A DNA stretch of 64,000 nucleotides. It comes from Eledone cirrhosa. Its lineage: Eukaryota. Positions 1 to 13,442 of this stretch are shown here, in pieces; the first letter of the stretch is position 1, and every line of letters starts with the position of its first letter. Both the position numbers and the translations under genes were made by a program. Location of the stretch: positions 68,200,001 to 68,264,000 of the forward strand of contig OZ024740.1 of the NCBI GenBank assembly GCA_964016885.1, read 5' to 3'. The notes beneath the pieces are model-generated. The model ran no database searches. It worked only from the letters and a program-made list of their open reading frames with translations, and had not been told where the DNA came from.

Positions 1-559
1 TTGTTTTTGTTTTTCGATCTTCGGTTTATTTTATTTATTATTTTACTACCACACGCTGTTTGTCTGACCATGTAGTTTCATTAATATATGTCTGTATGTC
101 AACCACGTAAATATATTTTGTAATATTTTGTGATATTTTGGTAATATTTATGCCAATGTATAATGACTTGACCTCCGTGTATTTGTTACAATGGTATAGA
201 TATTTTTTCAACACAATTTTTTCAACACTATTTAGTTCTATATGATTTTTTCTTACCCTGTGTAAAACTTTATACTATTTGTTAACCTTGAATTATATGT
301 ATGATGTAATTTTGTATATCTTTGATGCCAATATATTATAATATTGTTATTATAATGTTATTATAATGTTTCTATATTGTTTATGCACACTGACAGGGAA
401 TTATATATTATATTTTATTTTTATTTTATCTTTATTCTTATTTTTATCTTTATTATATTATACTGTAAACAATATATATATATATATTTAAATACTTAAT
501 AAGTGTTAGTTTGTATTTGTACTAATGTGTATATCTATTGAGATATATATATATATACA

Positions 560-1028
560 TATATTAAGCTTTTTATTATTACCATCTATTATATTATATT
601 ATATTCTATATCGTACTGTAATTCTCGCATTATACTACCATTTGTGTTTCAAATTTTTACATTATATAATATTTGGAATGTGGGTTCTACATGTTAATCA
701 CTTCCTTGCTATTTGGTCCATATCTATGTTTGTAACTGCTCACTCTTAATCTTAGCCAACTTTTCCTTAATATCTTTCCTAAGCTTCAATAGATGTATAC
801 TCCATATTCTTCTGAGTGTTTGGCTTGTATTGGCCGATAGTGCTTCTTGTAGCTTTACTTGCCCTGATGAGTCCTTAATAGGACGAAAGATTGTTGGCTA
901 ATAAAGACTTTTGATGTATTGAAGGATTCTTTGGTTTATTTTTTTATAATTCTTCGGCTATATCTTATACTGTCATTTCTATAATATGAAGAGGGTGTTT
1001 AACTCCAACACACTCTAGTATTTTAATT

Positions 1029-1030
<2 letters not shown>
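560..1030 (+). repeat. HHR-bearing PLE pseudo-LTR-like repeat (family H1)
   Basis: About 600-940 aligns by eye with 23000-23330. Contains an HHR core and ends at a (TA)n run. Left boundary approximate. Confidence 0.55.
859..902 (+). ncRNA. Minimal type I hammerhead ribozyme motif
   Basis: ttgcc-CTGATGA(864-870)-GTCC ttaata GGAC-GAAA-gattg-TT-ggc. Stem I GCC/GGC, 4-bp stem II; stem III slightly mutated relative to the 23242 copy (CATTG-TC). Confidence 0.75.
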
Positions 1031-1064
<34 letters not shown>

Positions 1065-1140
1065 TTCGAGGCTTTTGATATGGAATCGTGTGTCAAAAGA
1101 AATATTTTTATACTTGGGGAGGGTCATATTGTTGTAATAA

Positions 1141-1260
1141 TTGTTACTACTTTTGGCACAAGGCCAGCAATTACACAGTGCATTACTGGTACTTTATTTT
1201 ATCGACCCCGTAAGGATGAAAGGCAAAGTTAACCTCGGCAGAATTTGAACTCAGAATGGC
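1141..1260 (-). mobile_element. 5'-truncated tRNA-derived SINE inserted into the pLTR
   Basis: Reverse complement matches the SINE at 12707-12899 (B box GAGTTCAAAT; CTTTGCCTTTCATCCTTACGGGGTCGATAAAATAAAGTACCAG). Short ATAAT duplication at the flanks. Confidence 0.85.
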
Positions 1261-1424
1261 ATAATATTGCCAGAAATAATAACAGAACACACTCACTGTT
1301 TGGTTGGTTTCCACTTCTGTATCTTTTATATCTCCAAAGTTAATTCATTTTGTCTTCAATGTTTAACATTGACCGATCAACGGGGTCAAAAATATATATA
1401 TAAACACATATATATATATAGTCT

Positions 1425-1467
1425 TACAAAGTTCTTTCGTTGCACATATGCAATATCATCAATGGTA
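1425..1467 (-). ncRNA. Degenerate hammerhead motif in PLE pLTR
   Basis: Minus strand reads acca-TTGATGA-tATTGCA tatg TGCAAC-GAAA-gaac-TT-tg; homologous to 16003-16045. Confidence 0.55.
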
Positions 1468-1639
1468 CTATTATGTTCCTCCTGTTGTATTGTATATCTA
1501 CGGCATTTTTATTTGAGGACCAAATGAATTAACCGTGGAGATATAAAATATACAGAAGTGAAAACCAACCAAACAGTGAGTGTGTCTGTTATTATTTCTG
1601 GCAATATTATTACAACAATATGACCCTCCCCAAGTATAA

Positions 1640-1716
<77 letters not shown>

Positions 1717-1719
<3 letters not shown>

Positions 1720-1812
1720 GATATTAATAAATGGAAACTATATTTAAAATCCATATTTATTTCATTATATTTGCTTCTTGTATCCCAACAATTTAAATAA
1801 AACTTTTGCATA
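1717..1812. repeat. Rearranged fragment of the 51.6-52.0 kb pLTR family
   Basis: 1717-1770 matches 51691-51745; 1778-1812 is the reverse complement of about 51600-51637. Confidence 0.6.
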
Positions 1813-1814
1813 TA

Positions 1815-1923
<109 letters not shown>

Positions 1924-2031
1924 TTATATACATATGCATACTTACGTGCATGTATGCATAAATACATAAATTCATACATATCGTGTATGTATATGTATAT
2001 ATTTATATACATATATTCACATACATCTCGT

Positions 2032-2135
<104 letters not shown>

Positions 2136-2609
2136 GGATATATACATACATATATACACATATACAAATATACATACATATATCCACAACAACCCTTTTA
2201 ATATGTATTGCTTATTTGGCAAATTATTTAACATTCTCCGCTTGTACAGTGTAGATTGTTCTCACTTATGCCCTAGGAAAGCTCCACACATCACTAATTT
2301 TTGAGCGATAATAACAGATTAAGTGTATCAATTTTGTACATAGCAGAATCAAGGAAATTAAAATCATGAAGTGATAGCTCTTGTATTCCCAATGGAATAC
2401 TTGTCGCCTTCGCTTCAAACTATTGGATGACTTTTAAAATGTTATTCAACCAACATTTTAGTACCGAGAAACGTAAAAGTGTATGAATTATAACATTTTA
2501 TTCATTTTTTTGGTAGTCCTTATCAGTAGGTATATACATATATGCATACACATACACAATACACACACAGACTCTCACACATACATACACACACACCTAT
2601 ATATGTACG

Positions 2610-2654
<45 letters not shown>

Positions 2655-3149
2655 TTAAATACATATATATATCTATAAAACATGCATGTGTATATGTATA
2701 AATCATGCATACAATTTATATATATTATGTATGTATGTGTACGAAGGAGTGACGTCTAAGAAATAGCTGCGTGAAAGAATTAGTACAAAAATTAGGCGTT
2801 TGTTCAAATCACTTTATGGATATGGTATATAATCATGTATTTCCAGATGAAATTGTATACATAATTATGAGTTCTATTAATTTTTTTCCAATTGTGAGAG
2901 AGCCGATTTCTAACATAGACACCAAACACTCTCATTGGAACTGAAATATCAACTAGGTAGATATGCCTGCATGTCTGCATGCATGTGTGTGTGTGCAGGT
3001 ATGAATGTTGTTGTATGTATGCATGTGTATGTCTTGAGTTATATATGTGCGAGTGCATATGCTTTGTATCTGTACATGTGGACATGTAGCTATTAGATGC
3101 AGAATATTTGGAATGCTTTAAATATTTTTACTGTTCCACTAAGGGATTG

Positions 3150-3640
3150 TACTTGTAATTTCCTAACTAGTCATGTTCTTTCTGTTTCTGTGAAGCCCAG
3201 CTTCTCAGGATTTTTACCGAGGCAGTAACTAACATATCCCAGTACCCCAATAATCACAAGTATAAATCTGATGGATTATCTGCAGATTCCTCAGTAGTTC
3301 TTCAATATTATATTGGCATCTGCCGAGTAGATAACTTCCACTACTGTGCATGCATTCTTTCCCTTGTCCCATATCATTATATCTGGTCTGTAATTCTTGC
3401 GTTTTATTGGGGCTTTGACTGGAACATCCCACCAGTACTCTTTCATATTATGTTTGTGTATGTCTTCCACATTGCTGAAACTTTTAATATGTTTATTACC
3501 GGGTCTATATGTTGTACTTATTACATTGTACAGTGTTTCGGTCACTATCTCATACCTCATAGGATGATAGTACCGTGATGATATCTTTGGACAGCTGCTT
3601 ATGACATGGGTTACATCTTCGAGGTTAATTCTGCGTTTGT
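3150..3640 (-). pseudogene. R4/Dong-type non-LTR retrotransposon 3' fragment (REL endonuclease)
   Basis: ORF 3291-3560 has WWDVPV...RPDIMIWDKGKNACTVVEV (PD-(D/E)xK motif). Frameshifted C-terminus. Confidence 0.75.
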
Positions 3641-4462
3641 TGTCACTATCATCCTATATATATTTTTTAAAGTGTAAAGTGACTTTACGGACACCCTGTA
3701 CACGAACTTATATGACGGTCATTAAATGTGGTAGCTCCTTTGGGAAATTATATGTATGCAAATAAGAACGTCGATTGCCCGAATCCGTAAACACAATTCT
3801 CAGAAAATTCCGTTAAAATAAGCGGTGAACTTCACAATGTTTAAGGATGTGATCACCACTACACATCCAGTCTCAACAAAAATAGAGGGAAGTAATTAAC
3901 AATGCCATTGTTCCTAACAGGAACACACGCACACATATTATACAATACACACATGCTCACAGCTCCGTACCTACAAACAAACATACACTCTCTCATATAC
4001 TTACATATACACATACATATCTTCTAATCTTTGTACAGACAAATAAAAAACACACATACACACACACGTATACGCACGCGTACACGTACCACTTTATATA
4101 CATATCGGTGATTATTTTTTCTTTTTCAGCAAGACGAGCTCGATTACCACCTTTTAAAACGCGATTATTTTAAACAGGTCGCCAGCACCTTACAAAAAAT
4201 GCCAGCATCATAAAGATGGTTACGGGAATGTCACTGGCCGTCTCGTCAACCTCTCTATTCCTACTTTAATTTCTCATTCAATATATAGTAGAAAGAGGAG
4301 CAACCGGAACGATAAGATATTGTTCCTACAATATCAAGTGTAAAACAAATAATATATTTCTTCGTTGGACTGTGTCGTTTGATTTGTTATTTCTGTTTAC
4401 ATTTTATATAAATAAGAAATACTTACATAATTACACACACATTCACATATATATATTTATAT

Positions 4463-4650
4463 ATAGGAACACGTTCAAGACCGCGACGGCAGAGCTCAAG
4501 CCGTTTCGAAGGCATTTTTCTGGACAGAAATAGCCGTTGAAATGGCTTGAGATCTGCCGCCGGGGTCTTGAACATTTTCCTATTAACCAAGTATTGGGTA
4601 CTCTGGTGCGTTATGGTCCACCTGTTTCCTTATCACACTTCCTTCGTTAT
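4463..4650. repeat. Fold-back hairpin (4463-4583) plus unpaired tail; same family as 54381-54520
   Basis: About 55-bp imperfect inverted arms. The right arm plus tail matches 54381-54520. Flanked by (TA)n. Confidence 0.7.
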
Positions 4651-4773
4651 ATATATATGAACATTAATTGATATAATAGTCTGATAAACCTGCATTTTCA
4701 TGACATCTGGGAGACACAAGAAAACAATAACTATGATTTGGGAAAAATCGGTTACCTATGTATATATATATAT

Positions 4774-4909
4774 ATGTAAGTATGTATGTATGTATACGTA
4801 CATACATATATGTATACAGACGTACAGTAGTATGTATATATATATATACATACTACTGTACGTCTGTATACATATATGTATGTACGTATACATACATACA
4901 TACTTACAT
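4774..4909. repeat. Perfect 136-bp palindrome centred on (TA)n
   Basis: ATGTAAGTATG...GACGTACAGTAGTATG(TA)nCATACTACTGTACGTC...CATACTTACAT, no spacer. Confidence 0.85.
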
Positions 4910-5500
4910 TTAAGTAAGTGCCGTACTAAGAGTGAGAAATGAAATTTCATTTCATTCTATTCCATTTATCGTTTTCGGTGTGCCCGGCCGACTGAACTCA
5001 CTCGATATGTAAATTAGGCTGCTCAGCTGTTAATATGCATAAGGAAAGTATATACTTTCAGACGTTCAACCATCTGGCAGGAAGGTATATGATGCTGACA
5101 ATAGCTAATAAGCTTGAAACTAGTACATCGTTCCTGTGTCAGTGTTGAACAAAACACTGTACGGCGGAATTGTTTTACAAACAAACAAACCGAGCATTAT
5201 AAAAAATGTTCGGTAATCCGATACGTGCATATATATATGTGTGCATGTATGTATATATATACATACTATTGTACGTCTGTATTGTACGTCTGGTAGGGTT
5301 ATTCTCGTGTATATAGACACACGCATATATATATATATATATATATATATTCCCAGACACACGCACACAGAAACTCAGACACACATGCACACGCACACAT
5401 ACACATATGTATGTAAGTATACATACATACTTACATTTATGTAAGTGCCGTACTAAGAGTGAGAAATGAAATTTCGTTTCATTCTATTCCATTTTCATAT
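4845..5500 (+). mobile_element. Internal ~410-bp tandem unit of a Helitron-like repeat
   Basis: GCCGTACTAAGAGTGAGAAATGAAATTTC recurs at 4920, 5447, 12080-12111(-), 54590(-) and 55010(-). 4905-5281 matches 54620-55050 in reverse complement. Confidence 0.6.
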
Positions 5501-5502
5501 AC

Positions 5503-5597
<95 letters not shown>

Positions 5598-5609
5598 TGT
5601 GTCTATATA

Positions 5610-7030
5610 CACGAGGATACTCCTACCAGTCTTTGCCAGACACTCAGCAGAGATTTTACCGAGTAGGCGTAACATGGAGATCCTTCAATATTCAGTGCAT
5701 TTTCTCATTTCTCTCTCTTTCTTTTTAATTCATTAGGATTATCACTCCTGATTGCCATTGCTTAGATGCATATCCAATGATGTAGTCAACCAGACACAAA
5801 CGAGTCAGCCAGATAATGTTTTCTCTATGTTAACATTTAGATCCGAATTGGATTCTCCCCAGAGACCTTGCTACATTTCCGATCTTTATGTTAACTTGTG
5901 ATCTCAGTCTCTGAGAGGTTAGTAATAGATCCCATATGCCCTCATTTCAGAAGATTGTGTTTTGACCACATTTAGATCAACAAGTTATTTTCTCCACCTC
6001 ATGAGGATGCAGGTTCTCTTTGAAGAAAAGAGATCCTCAGGGGCCTTCCAGATTGCATGATTGTTTGCCTGAATAATTTACCTGATCTGAATTAGGCTTA
6101 ATCCCTAAGGCCCTCTCTTGTCTTAAGTTTGAGTGCCTTTACTAACGCCACGGCGTCATTTTACGCCTGCTTGTACCGCAAGTACAAGAAAGAAGATTTA
6201 TTTCCAAGCCAAGCTACAACGTCTTCAGTTTACTCTGGGAGTTCTTAGAATGTAGAAGCAATAGTATCCGCATACTTGTTCCTGAATTCCTAATCCACCA
6301 GCATTTCCCAATTTTTCCTGTTAGAGCTGGAACTACAAGTCTTATGGACTTTCTTGGGTTTAGGTATTAGCAGGTTGCCGATAACTAGATGCTGATTACT
6401 GACATATCAACCACTCCGTTAACACGAATCTCAGAGATCAGAGACAATAATGAAATGGATATTTTTCTTCGTCCACGATTCCCCTCATTCCAAGTGTATT
6501 TAAGGACGTATTTGTGTGTGAAGGTGTTCATAATAGAACCCATTACTAGAACAGGTACCATAAGCCCCCCCCCCCCCCATTCGTATTTAGATCAGGATCA
6601 GCGTTCATTCCAATCATTTCTATCGTGTAAAGTAGTCAGTGCCAACATGTACATTGGAATCTTCATATGGAGCATAAGACTCAACTACATCAAACGCTGC
6701 AGTGACTTCAAGGAAGGATCTGTATTCGGACCCTCTGTTTGGCGATAATTCTGCACCACGCGGAGAGATTTTTCTTTCTGCTTTTACTTCAAGAGGCAAT
6801 TCCTTTCTCAAAATAGGATCAAGTTCATATCACATTTAGACAACGGAGAGTTCGTTAATATCGATAATCCCACTTGAGCAATCTTTCTAGCGTCACAACT
6901 GAATAGTGCAGTTTGGTGATAGAATAATATATAGCTGATTCCATACAAGGGTGCCAGAATTGGGCCTGCGACGAGTCTTGGGAGGCGTGGTATAGACGCA
7001 CAAAAGTTATGTATCCCATACCCCAAAGAG
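5610..7030 (-). pseudogene. Degenerate RTE-clade LINE (APE endonuclease to start of RT)
   Basis: Minus-strand remnants SYAP..EDSNVHVG (GDFNAHVG-like), KYTW, WLTRLC...WQSGVII and [15 protein letters not shown] (NYRGISLLS-like). Many stops and frameshifts. Confidence 0.7.
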
Positions 7031-7519
7031 GGTCTGCTAGGATACTAGGAAGCAAGCCTAAACAATTCGCAACTAGAATATTACAAACTTTACCAATGAG
7101 AAGTAGGATGTAGATGTTATACTGACATATATGTAAGCTGTATATCACCCGTATTCCATCGCTCATATATATGTCTATCTCCAGAAGAGTATCCCAGGAA
7201 CAAGATATATCTTGACAGAATGTGATTAAGATTACAACCCTGTTAAACACATACACTTATTTCAAGGTTAGAAAGTCTATTTACTCTCTGCAGAGAATTT
7301 AGCTAGCATTTTATCATCATAGTCACCAACTGTGAAGAAATAATATTGGGCACCCACACTTCCTGAGTTTGTTGGATAGTACATGAGTATGGACGATGTC
7401 AAAAGCCAAAGAAAACATTACATTTATAAGTTTTCGAAAGTATGCGATGAATGTGATCGCAGAAATAACGTATGCTTATAATAAATTGTTTATGTATGTA
7501 TGTATGTATGGTAAATATC

Positions 7520-7802
7520 ATCTTGGTTAAGAGAGTCGGACTGGCTTTGTGCAGTGCCTTTGCTCACTATAAAAGCTTCACGGCACAGGCATTGCTTTAT
7601 ATCTGGAGATCTCTCTGCACTTGTCACATGGTACATGGGCCCAGCACTATGTGTCAATAACAGTCACAGGTGTAGTGTTTGTACTAGAGTTTTCAAGTCA
7701 CTGGCTGGACTAAAAAGTCACACTCGTCAGCGCATCGGTAGGGTTTCGCCTACATGGATATAAAGTAGTGGACGTACTCGAAAACGAGTTGGCAGCCACC
7801 AA
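7520..7802 (+). mobile_element. Bipartite non-autonomous RTE-derived element (5'UTR segment + 3' end)
   Basis: 7530-7608 aligns with the RTE 5'UTR at 28482-28558(-). 7660-7800 encodes the C2H2-like CSVCTRVFKSLAGLKSH and ends ACTCGAAAACGAGTTGGCAGCCA followed by a (TATG)n tail. Confidence 0.7.
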
Positions 7803-8742
7803 ATGTGTATGTATGTTTGTATGTTTGAATGTATGTTTGTATGTGTGTATGTATGCATGTGTGTACGTATGTTTGTATGCGTGTATGTATGTAAGTATGT
7901 ATGTATGTATGCATATATGTATATATGTATGAGTATATATAAAACTAGGCTGAGAACAGTGTCTATTGTACTAGTCGACATTATTTATTCTGCATTTTCC
8001 CTAAACATTCCATGTGAGCATACATAGAAATGTACAAAAAATACCGAGAGAGAGAAACAGAGATAGATATATAAAGAGGGGGAGAGAGAGGGACAAACAG
8101 AGAGAGAGAGGGGAAGCGAGAGAGGGAGAGAGAAGGGGGATATATAGAGAGAGGGGGAGAGAGATAGAGAGAAATAGAAAGAGAGATAGAGAGAGAGAGA
8201 GGGAGCGAGAGCGAGAGAGAGAGAGAGAGAAATGTGTGTATAGAAGGGGCATGTAAAACGAACTAACTATATATACAAATAAATAAGTAAATAAATGAAT
8301 GAACAAATAAATAACGAAAGCCTTGGATGCCACCCGTCTTTGCGCCGCCATCCGTCTATTTTCTCAATTTGTGGAATGAATATGAATGAAAAGAGAAGGA
8401 TGAATTGAAATCATTTCTGCTAATTACGTTGTCCTATCCAGTTACAAGCCATTCTTTTCTCTCACCGACTTTTACTTCCTCTTCGTATTCGCTGCAGGTG
8501 CTGTTTTTCTCAGGATTATTATCTCTTTGCTTTTTAATATGTCTATGCTACTTTGGGTTAGAGTTTAAGTTAATTAGGCGCTTCGTATAACATTACCTAT
8601 TTAGTACTAACTACTGTTTCGTCTATAATTAGACACAAGAAAAAGAATAAGAAATGATGATTAGGAATGAAAATGCATACATATATACTTATTACTTCAA
8701 TGTACACATACATAAATACATTGATACGTACAAACACACGTC

Positions 8743-8841
<99 letters not shown>

Positions 8842-9276
8842 GGGGGGGGGGTGAGATAGATAGCTAGAAATATAAAGTGTAATTTAACCTGTTATAACTT
8901 GTGCTTGTATTAATACCAAACAACGCAGCTAAAAGACTCCACATATTTCCATGGTATCTTGATGGTATCTTTGTTTCTTAGCGAATAATTCTCGTCGAAA
9001 TACCTGCTGGGTAAATATTATGGCTGTCGTGTGAGTTTTACAGCGTGAACAAAAAGCTAAGAATGTAAACATTGACTGACAATCTAGACTTTCCTACTAT
9101 AGCAGCCTTTCCAACAATGATTCACTACTATTATTCACAACCATAAAAAAACGTAAAATCGCGAAATTACTCACAGTCTCTGACACGGTAAAAGATTATT
9201 ATGTAAATATCAAACGAAAAAAGGCCAAACGTGCAAATCAAAATATTTTTAATTTACAAAGATATATATGTTACTG

Positions 9277-9395
9277 ATAATAGTTTCTAATTTAGGCACT
9301 GTGTCAGTAAGTTTTGCTGGGAAGAGAAAGTCGATGGTATGGACCCAACACTTGACTTGTACTTCATTATATCGACCAGGGAAGGATGAAAGGTG
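9277..9395 (-). mobile_element. Old SINE fragment
   Basis: TATCGACCAGGGAAGGATGAAAGG plus GTTTCTAATTTAGGCAC; matches the 12707 SINE body and 3' end. Confidence 0.65.
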
Positions 9396-10349
9396 ACGTA
9401 TTCTAGCATTCGTCTGACCCGCTAAAGACTATAAATCGAAAGTCTTATGTATTTTACGAAAGCTATAAGAAACTATCAATAAAAAAACCACTTCGTTTAT
9501 ATTTTGCTTGAACGTTTGAGATCTTATCTGACCCTATATATATGAGTGCCTATCTGCGGGTGATTTGATCTCAAACTCAAGCAGCTTGATTAAATACCGC
9601 AAAGGATTCCCTCTCACGTTGTAGCGCTTCTGTCAATTTGCTTGAGGATAAACAGCACTAACAATAACTACTAGCAAAATATATAACGGGCTGATTATAG
9701 TGTAATTGTTTCATTTTCTCTTTTCCTTTCTCATCATATGTCTCTTATTTTCTGATCCTTTATCCATCACTCTCTCACATGCGGACAGCTACACACCCAA
9801 GCGCACACACGCGCACGCACGCACACACGGACACAAAAACACCCATACATACATACACAACTGCACACAGTCTCACTCACAAACAAGAGGTTTCTGCGGA
9901 GATTTTTACCATTTGCATCTGAGATGCCTATTCATCCCATCTTACTCTCAGTGGAGTGGAAGTTAGGCACTTATTATTTTGTCACTAACTCCAACATCAG
10001 AACCACCATCACCATCATTCCCATAAGTAACGTTTTCATGACATTGGAAAGGAAATAACTCATCGGTGTTAGTAAGAAACTGTCTTGACATCTGAAACGA
10101 ATATTTCGCCTTCAAATGATCCCTTGTTCGAAATTTGGGAAATGTATCTGCTGAATACTACCACCTGATACCGGAATACATGTTCTCCAAATAGTTTTGT
10201 ATATCAAATGAGAACTTATTAATTTAGCTTAAATTAGTATTTAGAAAGGTCATCCCCGTGAAATCTCATATTTCATTTGTGATGGACTCCGATCAAAGTC
10301 CGATTATAATGTATCCAGTATAATTGATAATTGAAAATAACACCATTTA

Positions 10350-10490
10350 ATAATAGTGGTTTCTGATTTAGGTATAACGCCAACAATTTGGGGACAGGGG
10401 AATGTTGATTAAACCACTGCGGTACTGGTACTTTATTTTATCGACCGCGTAAGGATGAAAGGCAAAACTAACATAGGCAGAATATGAACG
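10350..10490 (-). mobile_element. Old SINE fragment
   Basis: ACTGGTACTTTATTTTATCGACCGCGTAAGGATGAAAGGCAAA. Confidence 0.75.
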
Positions 10491-10669
10491 TAAAGTATCG
10501 AAATAGAAAAGGACATCCTCTTTTTCATCCAATACTCTACAATGCTAACAATCCTTATAAGGTAGCATTCACTACCTAAATTGTACAATTTATATTAGAT
10601 TAAATGAAACCTTTCTACTTGTCTGGAATGTATTAATAGTTATCTTACTCAGCACATTCTGCTCCGTCG

Positions 10670-10830
10670 TAGTGCTGGTGTCACGATAAAATACATCCAG
10701 TTACCTCTGTAAAGTGGTAGTGCTGGTGCAACGACAAAATACAAACAGAATATTTTGTAAAGTGGTAATGTTGGTAACACGAAAAAACACAGTGTACACT
10801 CAGTAAAATTATAATCCTAGTGGCTCGATA
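10670..10830 (+). repeat. Degenerate ~48-bp tandem repeat (3-4 units)
   Basis: TAGTGCTGGTG..ACGA.AAAATACA...TGTAAAGTGG repeated. Confidence 0.6.
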
Positions 10831-10869
10831 AAATGTGTACATCTTTAGCGATAATCGCACATTGAATCA

Positions 10870-11070
10870 ATGTGACACAACTGTGTAACAAGACAGGACC
10901 TTAAATTACAGATATACCCCTTTTGACAGACTTCTTTACAGCTTCCCTCAACTCTAATTCACCCACAGAACTTAGGTCTACTCGAGGCTATTATAAAGAC
11001 ACGGAAAATACTGCACCGCGGAATCGAACCTAGAAATTCAAGATTACGCAATAAACTTCTGTGACTCTCA
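10870..11070 (-). mobile_element. Second tRNA-derived SINE family, degenerate
   Basis: B-box-like GGTTCGATTCC on the minus strand (about 11020-11030). Similar to 11510-11715. Confidence 0.55.
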
Positions 11071-11469
11071 TCATAATTACTCCTGACATAATTGTACTAT
11101 TTGTTCCTTGTTTCCTACTGACGTGAACTTTGCGTTTCATCCTTTCCAAATCGATAAATGAGATACTAATTCAATAATGTTGTAGATTCTGCCTATGTCG
11201 CACCTTCTCATTTCATATTCTCTCGGTCATATTTTACTTAAAGAAATCGGCTGTGTTGCGACATGGTTAGGTAGAGCATCTGCCAGGTTTAAATGGCCAA
11301 TACATGCCATAAATGATGGTGGTGCTCCCACGATGACATCAGGATTTAAGGTGATATGGCAAGACATTGAATGGAACTTCATTGGTCTCCACAATGTATC
11401 TTTAAGTTTTTCAATCGAAGGAATAACTTACTCATGTAAAACACCGTGTAAGTGACTATGTATTCGACA

Positions 11470-11715
11470 GGCATGTGTATCCGTTACGTAATTCTACGGA
11501 AGAGTCGTATTGACACATTGTGTATCAAGGCTGGCTATTCGAATTCCAGATACATTCCATCCGACCAGATTCTAAACAGTTTCTATCATACCAAATTCAC
11601 TAACAAATATGGATCGACATGAACTTATGGTAAAGGACATTCGCCCAAAATGTCACACTGTGGGATCGAACACGAGAGCTAACGATGGTGAAGCGAATAA
11701 CTTACCCATTCAGTC
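11470..11715 (-). mobile_element. Second tRNA-derived SINE family, degenerate
   Basis: B-box-like GTTCGATCCC on the minus strand (about 11662-11671). Body similar to 10870-11070. Confidence 0.55.
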
Positions 11716-12140
11716 AAATGTTCCTATTTCACTTCTTAATTTTATTTATTTCTCGTGTAAATTCAGAGATAACGCTACAAAACAATACATTCTAGAATAA
11801 TAAGCGTTGAAATATTTTTGATAATTATAATTCCTCTAGAGTTTTCCATCAATACCTATTTTCCTGTTATCCAAAGAGGTTATATTTCAATATAAATAGC
11901 AAACACCAGAGAACGGAGCAATTTAAGCATCTCTGTCCATTACAGAGTATTTATTTCACGGGCAGGAAGGAAATACACATGAGAATGTGCACAGTTGGTA
12001 ACCGCAATCACACACATATATATATATATATATATATACAGTGGTTGTTTGTGCTATATATATAAACGGATAAAATGAAACGAAATTTCATTTTCTCACT
12101 CTTAGTACGGCTGTGACATATATGTATGTGCGTATACATA

Positions 12141-12316
<176 letters not shown>

Positions 12317-12415
12317 TAGGGGGGGTACAAACCGACACTGTTTTTCTCCTGATATATTGTCTCCCCGGTCTGAACACCCCTGAGACACACTTTCTTTCCA
12401 TTTCTCTTTCTCCCC

Positions 12416-12500
<85 letters not shown>

Positions 12501-12706
12501 CTCTCTTTCTATATATATATGTGTGTGTGTGTGCGTCTCTGTTTTGATACGGGTACTGAATCCTGTGCAATGTTGGAGCGTTTTCACCACAAAGTATGAT
12601 ATGTTTCTGTCAGGACTAACTTTACATGTATTTGTATTGTTATTGTTATGTTGATTTTACTATTTTCCTTATCATATTTATTCATTAATATCTTATATCA
12701 CAAAAG

Positions 12707-12899
12707 GCGGTAGATTGGCAGTATTGGTAGAGGGTCGGACGCCATGCTTTGTTGTATAGAGTTACGGCCCTTGCCATTCTGAGTTCAAATCCCGCCAAGG
12801 TTAACTTTGCCTTTCATCCTTACGGGGTCGATAAAATAAAGTACCAGTAATGCATTAGTTAATTGCTGGCCTTGTGCCTAACGTAGAAACAATTATTAT
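12707..12899 (+). mobile_element. Full-length tRNA-derived SINE
   Basis: A box TGGCAGTATTGG, B box GAGTTCAAATCCC, central GCCTTTCATCCTTACGGGGTCGATAAA..AGTACCAG domain and ATT tail. Close to 33104-33288. Confidence 0.9.
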
Positions 12900-12989
12900 C
12901 TTATATCACTGCGTACAAATCATATGGTGTATTTGCTTACATCTGATCATCCAATTGTTATGCAGACACATGTGTGTGCGTGTTTGTGC

Positions 12990-13033
<44 letters not shown>

Positions 13034-13337
13034 ATATTATATATATATATATATATATATATAAATTAGCGAGAATCGCATTCCGGCTATTGGAAGTTAG
13101 CGAAAAACAACTTCAGGATTGTATGCATCCTATATGTATAGACCTAAGCATGTAAGGTAGCATTAGTGTATGTATGTACGTATGTATGTGTGCATGTATG
13201 TGTGTATATAAATGTGTGTGTGTGTATATACGTTTATGTATATATGTATATACATGTATATATGTATATATATATATATAAATTAAAATAGAGAAACTAA
13301 TGTAAGCAAAAAGCCGACAATAATTCAGACATATATA

Positions 13338-13374
<37 letters not shown>

Positions 13375-13404
13375 GTATATATACATATATACATATACGT
13401 ACAT

Positions 13405-13442
<38 letters not shown>

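Larger units (their letters stand above)
1062..1643. mobile_element. PLE pseudo-LTR remnant in fold-back arrangement (same family as 14.5-21.4 kb)
   Basis: 1109-1360 is the inverted repeat of 1512-1640. Both match the pLTR at 16110-16300 and 21230-21430. Flanked by (TA)n. Confidence 0.8.

Noticed and set aside
10670-10830. CRISPR-like regularly spaced repeats
   Set aside because: Degenerate tandem units without unique spacers, eukaryotic context, no cas genes.
12707-12795. tRNA gene
   Set aside because: A and B boxes are present but there is no cloverleaf; it is a SINE head.
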